45,051 bases of DNA. Origin: Vectrevirus T145P2. The stretch lies in the sequence record OZ035747.1. The stretch is one strand, 5' to 3'. How positions within the stretch are numbered: the stretch's first letter is position 1; each line of letters opens with the position of its first letter. Under the pieces are notes generated by a model, which was given only the letters and a program-made list of their open reading frames with translations, had not been told where the DNA came from and searched no databases. Shown here in pieces: positions 8,698 through 17,796 of this stretch. The translations under genes were made by a program, and so were the position numbers.

Positions 8698-9055
8698 CCA
8701 AAGTCAAAATTTTGATATAGGCGTGTGTGAGGTGTCTCGCCCTCGCCCTCGCCGGATTTCCCCCATATGGGGCCGCGCTGCGGTTGGCTTGGGAGTTGGG
8801 CTGGGCTGGTCCGTCTTCGACGGGTGGCCTAGGGCTTGCCGAGGTCTGCTCTTAGTGGCTGCACAAGGAGAACGCCTAGGAAGCGCTAGGGCACGCCTTA
8901 GTATTGGACAAGGTGATTGCCTTAGTGCAACCGCTTAGGGCTTACACAGGCCGTTTTAGGGCCATTCATGAGCGTTTGACAGGGTGGGCGTGGGTGGGCT
9001 ATCTGTTCGTTTCGCTCCACTACGTTACGCTACACTCACCGCGCTTGTGTATCCT

Positions 9056-9064
9056 TGGTATAAT
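9056..9064 (+). promoter_or_regulatory. candidate host sigma70 extended -10 element
   Basis: TGGTATAAT (TGnTATAAT) in the non-coding terminal region. Confidence 0.35.
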
Positions 9065-9406
9065 CCTGATGGATGGCTTAGGTTAGACTTAGTGGGCTAC
9101 CTTAGTTAAAGCCTTAGTGCTTAGCTTAGTATCAACTTAGTAGTGTACCTTAGTAAGTCTTAGTGTCTTCTCTTAGTGATTGCATAGCTAAAGCTATAAG
9201 ATGCAATTAGGTCGCGGTCGGTAGACCGCTAATAAGAAGTAATAGTAATAAGATGCAGTAGGAGGAACACCAGAAACCTAGCCAACCTAGTCTATCCTAG
9301 CTCTGTATCTATTGCTTTCCTTAGTCTCACATGTTAGACAACCTAGGTTTATCTTAGTAGTTGTGACATGTATCACATAAATAATCTATCTTAGTGCGAT
9401 TTAGTG

Positions 9407-9435
9407 TTGACATAGGCAGTTAACAGGTATACATT
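9407..9435 (+). promoter_or_regulatory. candidate host sigma70 early promoter
   Basis: TTGACA - 17 nt - TACATT. Confidence 0.55.
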
Positions 9436-9658
9436 AGCAATCAGTCGGGAGCGACATTAAACACTCAGGGTGAATGATAGAGAGCGTCCTTAACTATCCG
9501 GCCTAGCTACTGAAGCCGTTAAACAATGTTAGATAGTGGAAGATGGCGCAAGCATAACCTACCACGATAAACCAAGGTTAGCGCAATGCTCTTTAACAAT
9601 TTGCTTAGTGTAACCTGTGTATGCCGTGGTTAATTACTTATTGAATGAGGGATTAACT

Positions 9659-9775
9659 ATGAATTACGAAGAAATGTATGAAGTCTATTTCGACTCATTA
9701 GATGAAGGAGAAGAAGCATTAACCTTCGCTGAGTTTATGGAGGCTTTATGGAGTTTCTATCATGACTCTAAATAA
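9659..9775 (+). CDS. small acidic early protein (38 aa)
   Basis: ATG 9659; first ORF after the host promoter; not in ORF track (<60 aa). Confidence 0.4.
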   Translation: MNYEEMYEVYFDSLDEGEEALTFAEFMEALWSFYHDSK

Positions 9776-9938
9776 CCGTGAACTATCCGTCCTCTTCACT
9801 CTGTTATGCTACATGATTCGTAACAACGAATTACTTACAGATGACGAGTTGGCACTATATCACCGCTTTCTTAACGAAGGTTGGACAGATACAGTTAACC
9901 ATAAACGTGACTTGATGAAGGAGTTAGGCAATGTATAA
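9762..9938 (+). CDS. small early protein (58 aa)
   Basis: ATG 9762; overlaps neighbours by a few nt as is common in T7-like early regions. Confidence 0.4.
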   Translation: MTLNNRELSVLFTLLCYMIRNNELLTDDELALYHRFLNEGWTDTVNHKRDLMKELGNV

Positions 9939-10140
9939 GCATGAGATTTACACGGCTTGCAATAAATCGGCTAAGGTTATCATTGAGATGTACAAGGCAG
10001 AATGTCAGGCGTACAACCTCAATGATGGTACCGAGATGTTTTATCTTCAGTTTGAAAGCAAGTTATCTCACAAACGAGTGATTAGCAGTCTTAATCAACA
10101 CTCTTTAGATTGGGAAGAAGTGAACAGCAATAAACTTTAA
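9931..10140 (+). CDS. early hypothetical protein (69 aa)
   Basis: ORF track; ATG 9931. Confidence 0.55.
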   Translation: MYKHEIYTACNKSAKVIIEMYKAECQAYNLNDGTEMFYLQFESKLSHKRVISSLNQHSLDWEEVNSNKL

Positions 10141-10148
10141 ATTAACTA

Positions 10149-10177
10149 TTGACAACCACGGCATACAAGGTTACATT
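10149..10177 (+). promoter_or_regulatory. candidate host sigma70 early promoter, twin of 9407
   Basis: TTGACA - 17 nt - TACATT, identical hexamers and AGGT before the -10 as at 9407. Confidence 0.55.
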
Positions 10178-10424
10178 AAGCATCAAGACGGCGACGTCTT
10201 TAAAAATCACGCTCTTTAACAATAGAGATTAGGCCGGGAGTATCGGTGTGAGGGATAAGGAGGCTTTCCCACAATTAAACTGGTGGCAAAAGGATTGCCC
10301 AGCTTTATAGCCCAGTTATGGATAGCAATAGCGTAAGGATGGCAGCACACCCGCGAGTCTAATCTCTAGCTCTTTAACAATCTGGCTAGTGCCTTGGTAG
10401 GCTAACTACTTACTAAGGTGAACT

Positions 10425-10637
10425 ATGAACTACTGCGACATCGCTCACGAATTACGCATGGAACGTGAGAAACAAGAAAGGCGGATTATCAAGAAGATGG
10501 CTGTACTGCTTGCACACTATAAGGCAGACAAACAGCCAACACATGATGAGTTCGTTGACTTCTGTAACATGTATCTTAATGTGAGTAAGGCCACTGGTTA
10601 CAGATGGCTTAAAGCACTGAATGATGGAGAATTGTAG
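10425..10637 (+). CDS. early hypothetical protein (70 aa), possible small DNA-binding protein
   Basis: AAGGTGAACT then ATG; C-terminal SKATGYRWLKAL resembles a helix-turn-helix. Confidence 0.55.
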   Translation: MNYCDIAHELRMEREKQERRIIKKMAVLLAHYKADKQPTHDEFVDFCNMYLNVSKATGYRWLKALNDGEL

Positions 10638-10736
10638 TAATAAGCCAGCTTAATAGCTGGCCTATCAAGGCACTAACCTAGCTCTTTAACAATCTGGTTT
10701 GTGTCTTGATAGGCTTACTAACAAAGGTGAACTATC

Positions 10737-10901
10737 ATGACTAACGCACAACGTAAACGCTATGATGCATTGCAAGAGAAACTTGCTGTTGCTTATGCCG
10801 CTTGGCAAGCTAACACAGACAAGAGCAAACACGATAAACTTTATAGTAAAGTGGTTGCAATTAATGCTAAAATAGATAAACTTGTGAATAGTATCTTATA
10901 A
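10737..10901 (+). CDS. small early protein (54 aa), predicted helical
   Basis: ATG 10737 after AAAGGTGA; followed by hairpin 10909-10924. Confidence 0.45.
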   Translation: MTNAQRKRYDALQEKLAVAYAAWQANTDKSKHDKLYSKVVAINAKIDKLVNSIL

Positions 10902-11050
10902 GATAGTTGCTGGCACTAGCCAGCCTATCAAGGCACAAGCCACGCTCTTTAACAATATGGGTAGTCGCTTCTTAGTCTGGATAGGTTAAACCTAGGGTAT
11001 TCTTTTGAGTGCCCTATAATGTAAACTAACTAACTAATGAGGATTAAATC

Positions 11051-11380
11051 ATGGAACGCAACGCTAACGCTTACTACAACCTTCTGGCTGCAACTGTTGA
11101 AGCATTCAACGAGCGCATCAAGTACGATGAGATTCGTGAAGATGATGATTACTCTGATGCACTGCATGAGGTTGTAGATAGCATGGTGCCAGTTTATTAC
11201 AGCGAAATCTTTACTGTGATGGCTGCTGATGGCATTGATGTTGATTTTGAAGATGCTGGTTTGATTCCTGATACGAAGGATGTAACCAAGATTCTACAAG
11301 CTCGCATCTATGAAGCTCTTTATAATGATGTACCAAATGACAGCGATGTAGTTTGGTATGAAGGCGAAGAAGAGGAATAA
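11051..11380 (+). CDS. ocr: Ocr-like DNA-mimic anti-restriction protein (T7 gp0.3 homolog)
   Basis: 109 aa, very acidic; VPVYYSEIFTVMAADGIDVDFEDAGLIPDTKDVTKILQARIYEAL closely parallels the T7 Ocr core as I recall it. Confidence 0.88.
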   Translation: MERNANAYYNLLAATVEAFNERIKYDEIREDDDYSDALHEVVDSMVPVYYSEIFTVMAADGIDVDFEDAGLIPDTKDVTKILQARIYEALYNDVPNDSDVVWYEGEEEE

Positions 11381-11384
11381 TAAG

Positions 11385-11498
11385 ATGGAAAGGCAATATA
11401 ACTTCATATTTTCAGACGGTGTAACCCTGAAATGTTCCTTACGATTTGCGCAGATTCGTGAGGAAGTGCTAGGTACTACATACAAACTATTTAGCTGA
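11385..11498 (+). CDS. small early protein (37 aa)
   Basis: GAGGA then ATG 11385. Confidence 0.35.
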   Translation: MERQYNFIFSDGVTLKCSLRFAQIREEVLGTTYKLFS

Positions 11499-11512
11499 CA
11501 CTATAAGAGAAG
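11489..11512 (+). promoter_or_regulatory. variant phage RNAP promoter-like site
   Basis: ATTTAGCTGACACTATAAGAGAAG; SP6-like upstream half, altered initiation region. Confidence 0.4.
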
Positions 11513-11574
11513 GCTTAACAAGGCGTTGCTACGGTAGCGCCTGATTAAACTTTCACTTACTAGAGGTTAAGATT

Positions 11575-11700
11575 ATGAAACTATCGCCATCCGCTAAAGG
11601 CCTCATTGCAGAACTTAAAGATTCTTTGAGGAATCCAATCATTTGGGCACTTATCTACATACCTTATGGTATCTACCTATTTCACCTCATCACTGAGTAA
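11575..11700 (+). CDS. small hydrophobic early protein (41 aa)
   Basis: AGAGG then ATG 11575; IIWALIYIPYGIYLFHLI hydrophobic segment. Confidence 0.4.
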   Translation: MKLSPSAKGLIAELKDSLRNPIIWALIYIPYGIYLFHLITE

Positions 11701-11763
11701 CTAGCCTATAGCCTACCTGAGTGGGCTATGTGATACTTACTTACACTATATAAGGTGATTACT

Positions 11764-12648
11764 ATGACTACTGAAAACGTCCTCCTGTCTGTTCGTGAAG
11801 CTGCAACCGCTGAAATCAAGCAGCACTTAGACAATATCGGCACTTCTTACATCAAAGTTGGCGCTTGTCTGAATGAATTACGCGGTGATTTCGAAGGTCA
11901 AAAAGACTTTTTAGCTTATGTAGAATCAGAGTTCGGCATCAAGAAGGCACAATGTTACAAGCTGATGAGTGTAGCCCGTGTCTTTGAAGGAGATGATCGC
12001 TTTAAAGGCGTGGCGATGCGTGTAATGCTGGCGCTTGTTCCTTTCGCTGATGAAAATATAATCATGGAGAAGGCCGCAGAACTCGCCGCAGCTGGCAAGC
12101 TGGACACTAATGCCGTAAACGCCCTGATTGAACCTAAGAAAGAGATAAAGACTGAAACGGTACAATCTAAGGCTGAGGCGGTAAAACCGCAGGAGAACGC
12201 TACTGAGGCCGCAGAATCACAGGAAATGCAAGCGCCGCAGGTAGTGCCACCAGCGAGCGAGCAGGAGGCCGACGAATCAGCACCATGGGAAGAGGAAAGC
12301 AAGCCGGAAGCGCCAAAGGCAGCGCCGCTGGATAACACGGCTAATACAGAAAACGCCGCTATGGCTAGCCTCTTAGCACAAATTAAGGCACTGACTGAGC
12401 AATTACAGGCAGCTAATGACCGCATCGCCTCCTTAAGTAGCGCACGCGAAAGCAAGAAGGCAGCCGCACCTATGCTGCCGCAATTCAAATCTTCCTGCTT
12501 CTATGCTCGCTTAGGTTTAAGCGCTGAGGAGGCAATGAAGAAAACAGCAGTTAACAAGGCACGCCGCGAACTGGTTAAGCTAGGCTACGGTGAAGGCCAT
12601 GAAGCATGGCCCTTAATCTCTGAGGCAGTAGAAGAGTTGACTAAGTAA
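11764..12648 (+). CDS. early protein with DUF3102-like N-terminal domain, acidic Ala/Pro-rich linker and small C-terminal domain
   Basis: TAAGG then ATG 11764; 294 aa; LRGDFEGQKDFLAYVESEFGIKKAQCYKLM motif; low-complexity EAAESQEMQAPQ linker. Confidence 0.7.
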   Translation: MTTENVLLSVREAATAEIKQHLDNIGTSYIKVGACLNELRGDFEGQKDFLAYVESEFGIKKAQCYKLMSVARVFEGDDRFKGVAMRVMLALVPFADENIIMEKAAELAAAGKLDTNAVNALIEPKKEIKTETVQSKAEAVKPQENATEAAESQEMQAPQVVPPASEQEADESAPWEEESKPEAPKAAPLDNTANTENAAMASLLAQIKALTEQLQAANDRIASLSSARESKKAAAPMLPQFKSSCFYARLGLSAEEAMKKTAVNKARRELVKLGYGEGHEAWPLISEAVEELTK

Positions 12649-12711
12649 CCTTATCGGTGGCATCTTCTTAGGTGTCACCTATTAAGGTTTCTTTCACTAG
12701 GAGTAAACAAG

Positions 12712-15339
12712 ATGCAAGACCTACACGCTATTCAACTTCAACTTGAAGAAGAAATGTTTAACGGCGGTATCCGTCGCTTTGAAGCTGACCAACAACGCCA
12801 GATTGCATCCGGTAATGAATCAGACACGGCATGGAATCGACGCTTATTGTCCGAACTAATCGCACCTATGGCGGAAGGTATTCAGGCTTACAAGGAAGAA
12901 TACGAAGGCAAGAGAGGTCGTGCACCCCGTGCATTAGCTTTCATTAACTGCGTAGGAAACGAAGTGGCAGCATATATCACCATGAAAATCGTTATGGATA
13001 TGCTGAATACAGACGTTACCTTACAAGCTATCGCTATGAATGTAGCAGACCGCATCGAGGACCAAGTACGTTTTAGCAAGCTGGAAGGTCACGCAGCTAA
13101 GTATTTTGAGAAAGTGAAGAAGTCGCTTAAGGCTAGCAAGACTAAATCTTATCGTCATGCGCACAACGTAGCGGTAGTAGCTGAGAAATCTGTTGCTGAC
13201 CGTGACGCGGATTTCTCCCGTTGGGAGGCATGGCCTAAAGACACCTTGCTGCAAATCGGTATGACCTTGCTCGAAATATTGGAGAATAGTGTATTCTTCA
13301 ATGGTCAACCTGTCTTCCTTCGTACCTTGCGCACTAACGGCGGAAAGCATGGTGTTTACTATTTACAGACCAGTGAACATGTTGGCGAGTGGATAACTGC
13401 ATTTAAGGAACATGTAGCTCAGCTCAGCCCTGCCTATGCACCTTGCGTTATACCTCCCCGCCCTTGGGTATCACCTTTTAACGGTGGGTTTCATACTGAG
13501 AAAGTAGCAAGCCGTATTCGTCTGGTAAAAGGCAATCGTGAGCACGTCCGCAAGCTGACCAAAAAGCAAATGCCAGCCGTTTATAAGGCTGTTAACGCTT
13601 TGCAGGCAACTAAGTGGCAGGTTAATAAAGAGGTTTTACAGGTTGTGGAGGACGTTATACGTCTAGACCTCGGCTATGGTGTGCCTTCCTTTAAACCACT
13701 CATCGACCGTGAGAACAAGCCAGCTAATCCAGTGCCGTTAGAGTTCCAGCACCTGCGAGGCCGTGAACTTAAAGAGATGCTAACGCCGGAACAATGGCAA
13801 GCCTTCATCAACTGGAAAGGCGAATGTACCAAGCTGTATACCGCTGAAACTAAGCGCGGCAGCAAATCGGCGGCGACCGTCCGCATGGTTGGGCAGGCAC
13901 GTAAATACAGCCAGTTTGACGCCATCTACTTCGTGTATGCACTGGACAGCCGCAGCCGCGTCTACGCGCAATCTAGCACGCTCTCTCCGCAATCAAACGA
14001 CTTAGGCAAGGCATTGCTCCGTTTTACCGAAGGGCAGCGCCTCGATAGCGCTGAGGCGCTTAAATGGTTTTTGGTGAACGGGGCTAATAACTGGGGTTGG
14101 GATAAGAAGACTTTTGACGTGCGCACCGCTAACGTGCTGGATAGTGAATTTCAAGACATGTGCCGCGACATTGCAGCGGATCCGCTTACCTTCACTCAAT
14201 GGGTGAATGCCGACTCCCCTTACGGCTTCCTTGCTTGGTGCTTTGAATATGCGCGTTATCTGGATGCACTGGATGAAGGCACGCAAGACCAATTCATGAC
14301 GCACCTCCCCGTCCATCAAGATGGTAGTTGTTCTGGTATCCAGCACTACAGTGCTATGCTACGCGATGCAGTAGGTGCGAAAGCAGTAAACCTTAAGCCC
14401 TCTGATTCTCCTCAAGATATTTATGGTGCCGTTGCGCAGGTAGTAATTCAGAAGAATTATGCATACATGAATGCAGAGGATGCGGAAACCTTCACTTCTG
14501 GCAGCGTGACTTTAACAGGTGCGGAACTGCGTAGCATGGCTAGTGCGTGGGATATGATAGGAATCACTCGCGGCCTGACCAAAAAGCCCGTAATGACACT
14601 ACCTTACGGCAGCACACGTCTAACCTGCCGTGAGTCAGTGATTGATTATATCGTTGATTTGGAAGAAAAAGAGGCCCAACGGGCTATTGCGGAAGGGCGT
14701 ACCGCCAATCCTGTACATCCTTTTGATAATGACCGCAAAGACAGCCTGACACCTAGCGCAGCTTATAACTATATGACAGCTTTAATCTGGCCTTCTATTT
14801 CGGAAGTGGTTAAAGCTCCTATAGTGGCAATGAAAATGATTCGTCAGCTTGCACGTTTCGCAGCTAAAAGAAACGAAGGCTTAGAATATCCCTTACCAAC
14901 TGGCTTCATCTTGCAACAAAAGATAATGGCTACCGATATGCTCCGCGTATCCACTTGCTTGATGGGTGAAATCAAGATGAGTCTCCAGATTGAAACAGAT
15001 GTAGTTGATGAAACGGCAATGATGGGTGCGGCTGCTCCTAACTTCGTCCATGGTCACGATGCTAGCCACCTGATTCTGACTGTATGTGACCTAGTGGATA
15101 AAGGTATTACATCCATTGCAGTCATCCATGATTCTTTCGGTACTCATGCAGGACGTACCGCAGACCTGCGGGATAGCTTAAGGGAAGAAATGGTTAAGAT
15201 GTATCAAAACCATAATGCCCTGCAAAACCTGCTAGATGTGCACGAAGAGCGTTGGTTAGTAGACACCGGAATCCAAGTACCAGAGCAAGGAGAGTTTGAC
15301 CTTAACGAAATCTTAGTTTCAGACTATTGTTTCGCATAA
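12712..15339 (+). CDS. single-subunit DNA-directed RNA polymerase (T7 gp1-like)
   Basis: 875 aa; collinear with T7 RNAP including PFCFLAFCFEY-like [27 protein letters not shown] and IHDSFGTHA motifs. Confidence 0.97.
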   Translation: MQDLHAIQLQLEEEMFNGGIRRFEADQQRQIASGNESDTAWNRRLLSELIAPMAEGIQAYKEEYEGKRGRAPRALAFINCVGNEVAAYITMKIVMDMLNTDVTLQAIAMNVADRIEDQVRFSKLEGHAAKYFEKVKKSLKASKTKSYRHAHNVAVVAEKSVADRDADFSRWEAWPKDTLLQIGMTLLEILENSVFFNGQPVFLRTLRTNGGKHGVYYLQTSEHVGEWITAFKEHVAQLSPAYAPCVIPPRPWVSPFNGGFHTEKVASRIRLVKGNREHVRKLTKKQMPAVYKAVNALQATKWQVNKEVLQVVEDVIRLDLGYGVPSFKPLIDRENKPANPVPLEFQHLRGRELKEMLTPEQWQAFINWKGECTKLYTAETKRGSKSAATVRMVGQARKYSQFDAIYFVYALDSRSRVYAQSSTLSPQSNDLGKALLRFTEGQRLDSAEALKWFLVNGANNWGWDKKTFDVRTANVLDSEFQDMCRDIAADPLTFTQWVNADSPYGFLAWCFEYARYLDALDEGTQDQFMTHLPVHQDGSCSGIQHYSAMLRDAVGAKAVNLKPSDSPQDIYGAVAQVVIQKNYAYMNAEDAETFTSGSVTLTGAELRSMASAWDMIGITRGLTKKPVMTLPYGSTRLTCRESVIDYIVDLEEKEAQRAIAEGRTANPVHPFDNDRKDSLTPSAAYNYMTALIWPSISEVVKAPIVAMKMIRQLARFAAKRNEGLEYPLPTGFILQQKIMATDMLRVSTCLMGEIKMSLQIETDVVDETAMMGAAAPNFVHGHDASHLILTVCDLVDKGITSIAVIHDSFGTHAGRTADLRDSLREEMVKMYQNHNALQNLLDVHEERWLVDTGIQVPEQGEFDLNEILVSDYCFA

Positions 15340-15347
15340 TATTAATA

Positions 15348-15378
15348 GGCCATTCCTTAGGGAGTGGCCTTTTTCTTT
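15348..15378 (+). terminator. intrinsic terminator after the RNAP gene (candidate early terminator)
   Basis: GGCCATTCC-TTAG-GGAGTGGCC 9-bp stem followed by TTTTTCTTT. Confidence 0.65.
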
Positions 15379-15413
15379 ACCTACTACCTGTAACATTTCA
15401 TTAACATAAAAGT

Positions 15414-15429
15414 GTCTCACATGTGAGAC
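15414..15429. repeat. 16-bp palindrome GTCTCACATGTGAGAC, copy 1
   Basis: Perfect palindrome 3 nt upstream of promoter 15432. Confidence 0.8.
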
Positions 15430-15431
15430 TT

Positions 15432-15454
15432 ATTTACCGGACACTATAGGATAG
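15432..15454 (+). promoter_or_regulatory. phage RNAP promoter (CCGG subclass)
   Basis: ATTTACCGGACACTATAGGATAG. Confidence 0.7.
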
Positions 15455-15605
15455 CCGTCGGAGACGGGAAAGAAAGGGAAGATAAAGGATATAAAGGAAG
15501 TAATAGGTATTAAAGGTTATATAGGTTATCTAGGAATACCTAGGAATACCTATTACCTTCTGCCCTTCCTCTTATTACCACTTAGAGGAAAGGCAGACCT
15601 AGGTT

Positions 15606-15621
15606 GTCTCACATGTGAGAC
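15606..15621. repeat. 16-bp palindrome GTCTCACATGTGAGAC, copy 2
   Basis: Perfect palindrome, preceded by GGCAGACCTAGGTT also found at 8545. Confidence 0.8.
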
Positions 15622-15626
15622 TTCGT

Positions 15627-15649
15627 ATTTACCGGACAGTATAGATAAG
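15627..15649 (+). promoter_or_regulatory. phage RNAP promoter, variant core
   Basis: ATTTACCGGACAGTATAGATAAG. Confidence 0.55.
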
Positions 15650-15675
15650 ACTAACTCACTTTGGAGATTTTAACC

Positions 15676-15804
15676 ATGCGTAACTTTGAGAAGATGACCC
15701 GTAAAGCTAACCGTTTTGACATGGAAGAAGGGCAGACGAAAGGCAAGAAGCTGAATAAACCTGTCCGTGACCGTGCATCTAAACGCGCTGCGTGGGAGTT
15801 CTAA
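15676..15804 (+). CDS. small basic protein, T7 gp1.1-like (42 aa)
   Basis: GGAGA then ATG 15676; MRNFEKMTRKANR...KLNKPVRDRASKR matches my recollection of T7 gp1.1. Confidence 0.65.
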   Translation: MRNFEKMTRKANRFDMEEGQTKGKKLNKPVRDRASKRAAWEF

Positions 15805-15807
15805 GTT

Positions 15808-17796
15808 ATGGCTATTATTCAGAATGTACCGTGTCCCGCCTGTCAAAAGAATGGACATGATATTACTGGCAACCATCTTATGATATTTGAGGATGGCGCT
15901 GGTTACTGTAACCGTGGTCACTTCCATGATAACGGCAAGCCTTATTACCATAAGCCAGAGGGTGGCATCGAGATAACCGAATTACCTATTACTGGCAATA
16001 TCAAATATACACCTTCTCAGTTTAAAGAGATGGAGAAGGAAGGGAAGATTAGCGACCCTAAGCTACGCGCCATCGCACTTGGTGGTATGCGTATGAAAGA
16101 CCGTTGGGAGGTTATGAATGAGCAAGAAAGGGCAGACCAAGAAGCAGAGTGGAAACTTGATGTTGAATGGTTCCTCACGCTTAAGCGTAAGAATCTTGTT
16201 TCCCGACACATTCGCGGCGACATTTGCGCATTGTATGATGTACGTGTCGGACACGATGAAGATGGTAGAGTCTCACGGCATTACTATCCACGCTTCGAGA
16301 AAGGTGAGCTAGTAGGCGCCAAGTGTCGCACATTACCTAAAGACTTTAAGTTTGGTCATTTAGGTAAACTCTTTGGTATGCAAGATCTTTTCGGTATGAA
16401 TACTTTGTCTCACGTGTTAGACAAGGGAAGACGAAAGGATTGCTTGCTTATTGTGGGCGGCGAACTGGATGCACTAGCAGCACAGCAGATGCTCCTTGAT
16501 TCTGCCAAGGGTACTAAGTGGGAAGGCCAGCCTTACCATGTATGGTCTGTCAATAAAGGTGAGTCTTGCCTTGAAGAGATAGTGCAGAACCGTGAGCATA
16601 TCGCCCAATTCAAGAAGATTATATGGGGTTTTGATGGAGATGAGGTGGGGCAGAAGCAGAATCAGCAAGCGGCTCGCCTGTTTCCTGGCAAATCCTATAT
16701 CCTTGAATACCCTTCTGGTTGCAAAGATGCTAACAAGGCATTGATGGCTGGCAAGGCTAAAGAGTTTGTTGATGCTTGGTTTAATGCCAAGTCATCTGAT
16801 GAAGTCTTTGGTAGCCAGATTAAATCTATCGCATCTCAAAGGGATAAGCTCAAGGCTGCACGTCCAGAGCAAGGGTTATCATGGCCTTGGCCTAAGCTGA
16901 ACAAGGTAACGCTAGGTATTCGTAAGAACCAGCTTATCATTGTAGGTGCAGGCTCTGGTGTAGGTAAGACTGAGTTCCTCCGCGAAGTGGTTAAACATCT
17001 TATTGAAGAACACGGTGAATCTGTAGGCATCATTTCTACAGAAGACCCGATGGTCAAGGTGTCCCGTGCTTTTATCGGCAAGTGGATTGATAAGCGTATT
17101 GAGTTACCGCCAACCAACGACCCGAAAGAAGACGGATACCGTGAGGTGTTCGACTACACCGAGGAAGAAGCTAACGCTGCCATTGATTATGTGGCTGATA
17201 CAGGAAAGCTATTTGTGGCTGACCTAGAAGGCGACTATTCTATGGAGAAGGTAGAGCAAACTTGCCTAGAGTTTGAGGCTATGGGCATTTCTAATATCAT
17301 CATTGATAACTTAACGGGGATTAAATTAGATGAGCGTGCTTTTGGTGGGAAGGTTGGTGCACTTGATGAATGCGTCAAACGAATTGGTACTATCAAAGAC
17401 CGACATGCGGTTACGATTTTCCTTGTCTCTCACCTTACACGTCCTCCGGCAAACCGTACCCAACACGAAGAAGGTGGCGAAGTTATCCTTTCTGACTTCC
17501 GAGGCTCAGGCGCTATCGGATTCTGGGCATCTTACGCCTTGGGGATTGAGCGTAATACAAGAGCTGAAACGCTTGATGAAAGGACTACCACGTACATCTC
17601 TTGTGTCAAAGACCGCGACCAAGGTATCTACACAGGAACCAAAGTCATGCTCAAGGGTGACATTCAGACCGGGCGTTTGAGAGAACCACAAGCTAGAACA
17701 AGGTCGTTTGATACAGGCGAAGCAAGGCAACAAGAAGTACCGGATTTACCGGACACTATAGAAGAGACAACCTTTGACGATGAACAGGAGTTTTAA
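15808..17796 (+). CDS. DNA primase/helicase (T7 gp4-like)
   Basis: 662 aa; N-terminal Cys4 zinc motif CPACQKNGHD...YCNRGH; Walker A GAGSGVGKTEF; acidic C-terminus ending DDEQEF. Confidence 0.95.
   Translation: MAIIQNVPCPACQKNGHDITGNHLMIFEDGAGYCNRGHFHDNGKPYYHKPEGGIEITELPITGNIKYTPSQFKEMEKEGKISDPKLRAIALGGMRMKDRWEVMNEQERADQEAEWKLDVEWFLTLKRKNLVSRHIRGDICALYDVRVGHDEDGRVSRHYYPRFEKGELVGAKCRTLPKDFKFGHLGKLFGMQDLFGMNTLSHVLDKGRRKDCLLIVGGELDALAAQQMLLDSAKGTKWEGQPYHVWSVNKGESCLEEIVQNREHIAQFKKIIWGFDGDEVGQKQNQQAARLFPGKSYILEYPSGCKDANKALMAGKAKEFVDAWFNAKSSDEVFGSQIKSIASQRDKLKAARPEQGLSWPWPKLNKVTLGIRKNQLIIVGAGSGVGKTEFLREVVKHLIEEHGESVGIISTEDPMVKVSRAFIGKWIDKRIELPPTNDPKEDGYREVFDYTEEEANAAIDYVADTGKLFVADLEGDYSMEKVEQTCLEFEAMGISNIIIDNLTGIKLDERAFGGKVGALDECVKRIGTIKDRHAVTIFLVSHLTRPPANRTQHEEGGEVILSDFRGSGAIGFWASYALGIERNTRAETLDERTTTYISCVKDRDQGIYTGTKVMLKGDIQTGRLREPQARTRSFDTGEARQQEVPDLPDTIEETTFDDEQEF
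17744..17766 (+). promoter_or_regulatory. phage RNAP promoter inside 3-prime end of the primase-helicase gene
   Basis: ATTTACCGGACACTATAGAAGAG. Confidence 0.7.

Larger units (their letters stand above)
8529..9610. repeat. terminal non-coding region with at least 18 copies of (C)CTTAGT(G), a GC-rich block and a CCCCATATGGGG palindrome; probable genome termini/terminal repeat and concatemer junction
   Basis: CTTAGT counted by eye at 8529, 8561, 8643, 8849, 8896, 8929, 9077-9180 (many), 9318, 9350, 9390, 9604; palindrome 8761-8772; analogous to the CCTAAAG repeats of the T7 left end. Confidence 0.7.

Noticed and set aside
8723-9086. Track ORFs 8723..8938 and 8904..9086 in the GC-rich terminal region
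   Set aside because: Located in the repeat-rich non-coding terminus; low-complexity, no RBS, overlapping each other; more likely terminal-repeat DNA than genes
8529-9610. CRISPR array
   Set aside because: The CTTAGT repeats are 6-8 nt, irregularly spaced and not separated by unique spacers; no cas genes are present
11741-11763. Possible phage promoter ACTTACTTACACTATATAAGG upstream of the 11764 gene
   Set aside because: Only the CACTATA core matches; the upstream specificity region and initiation region do not, and it overlaps the RBS
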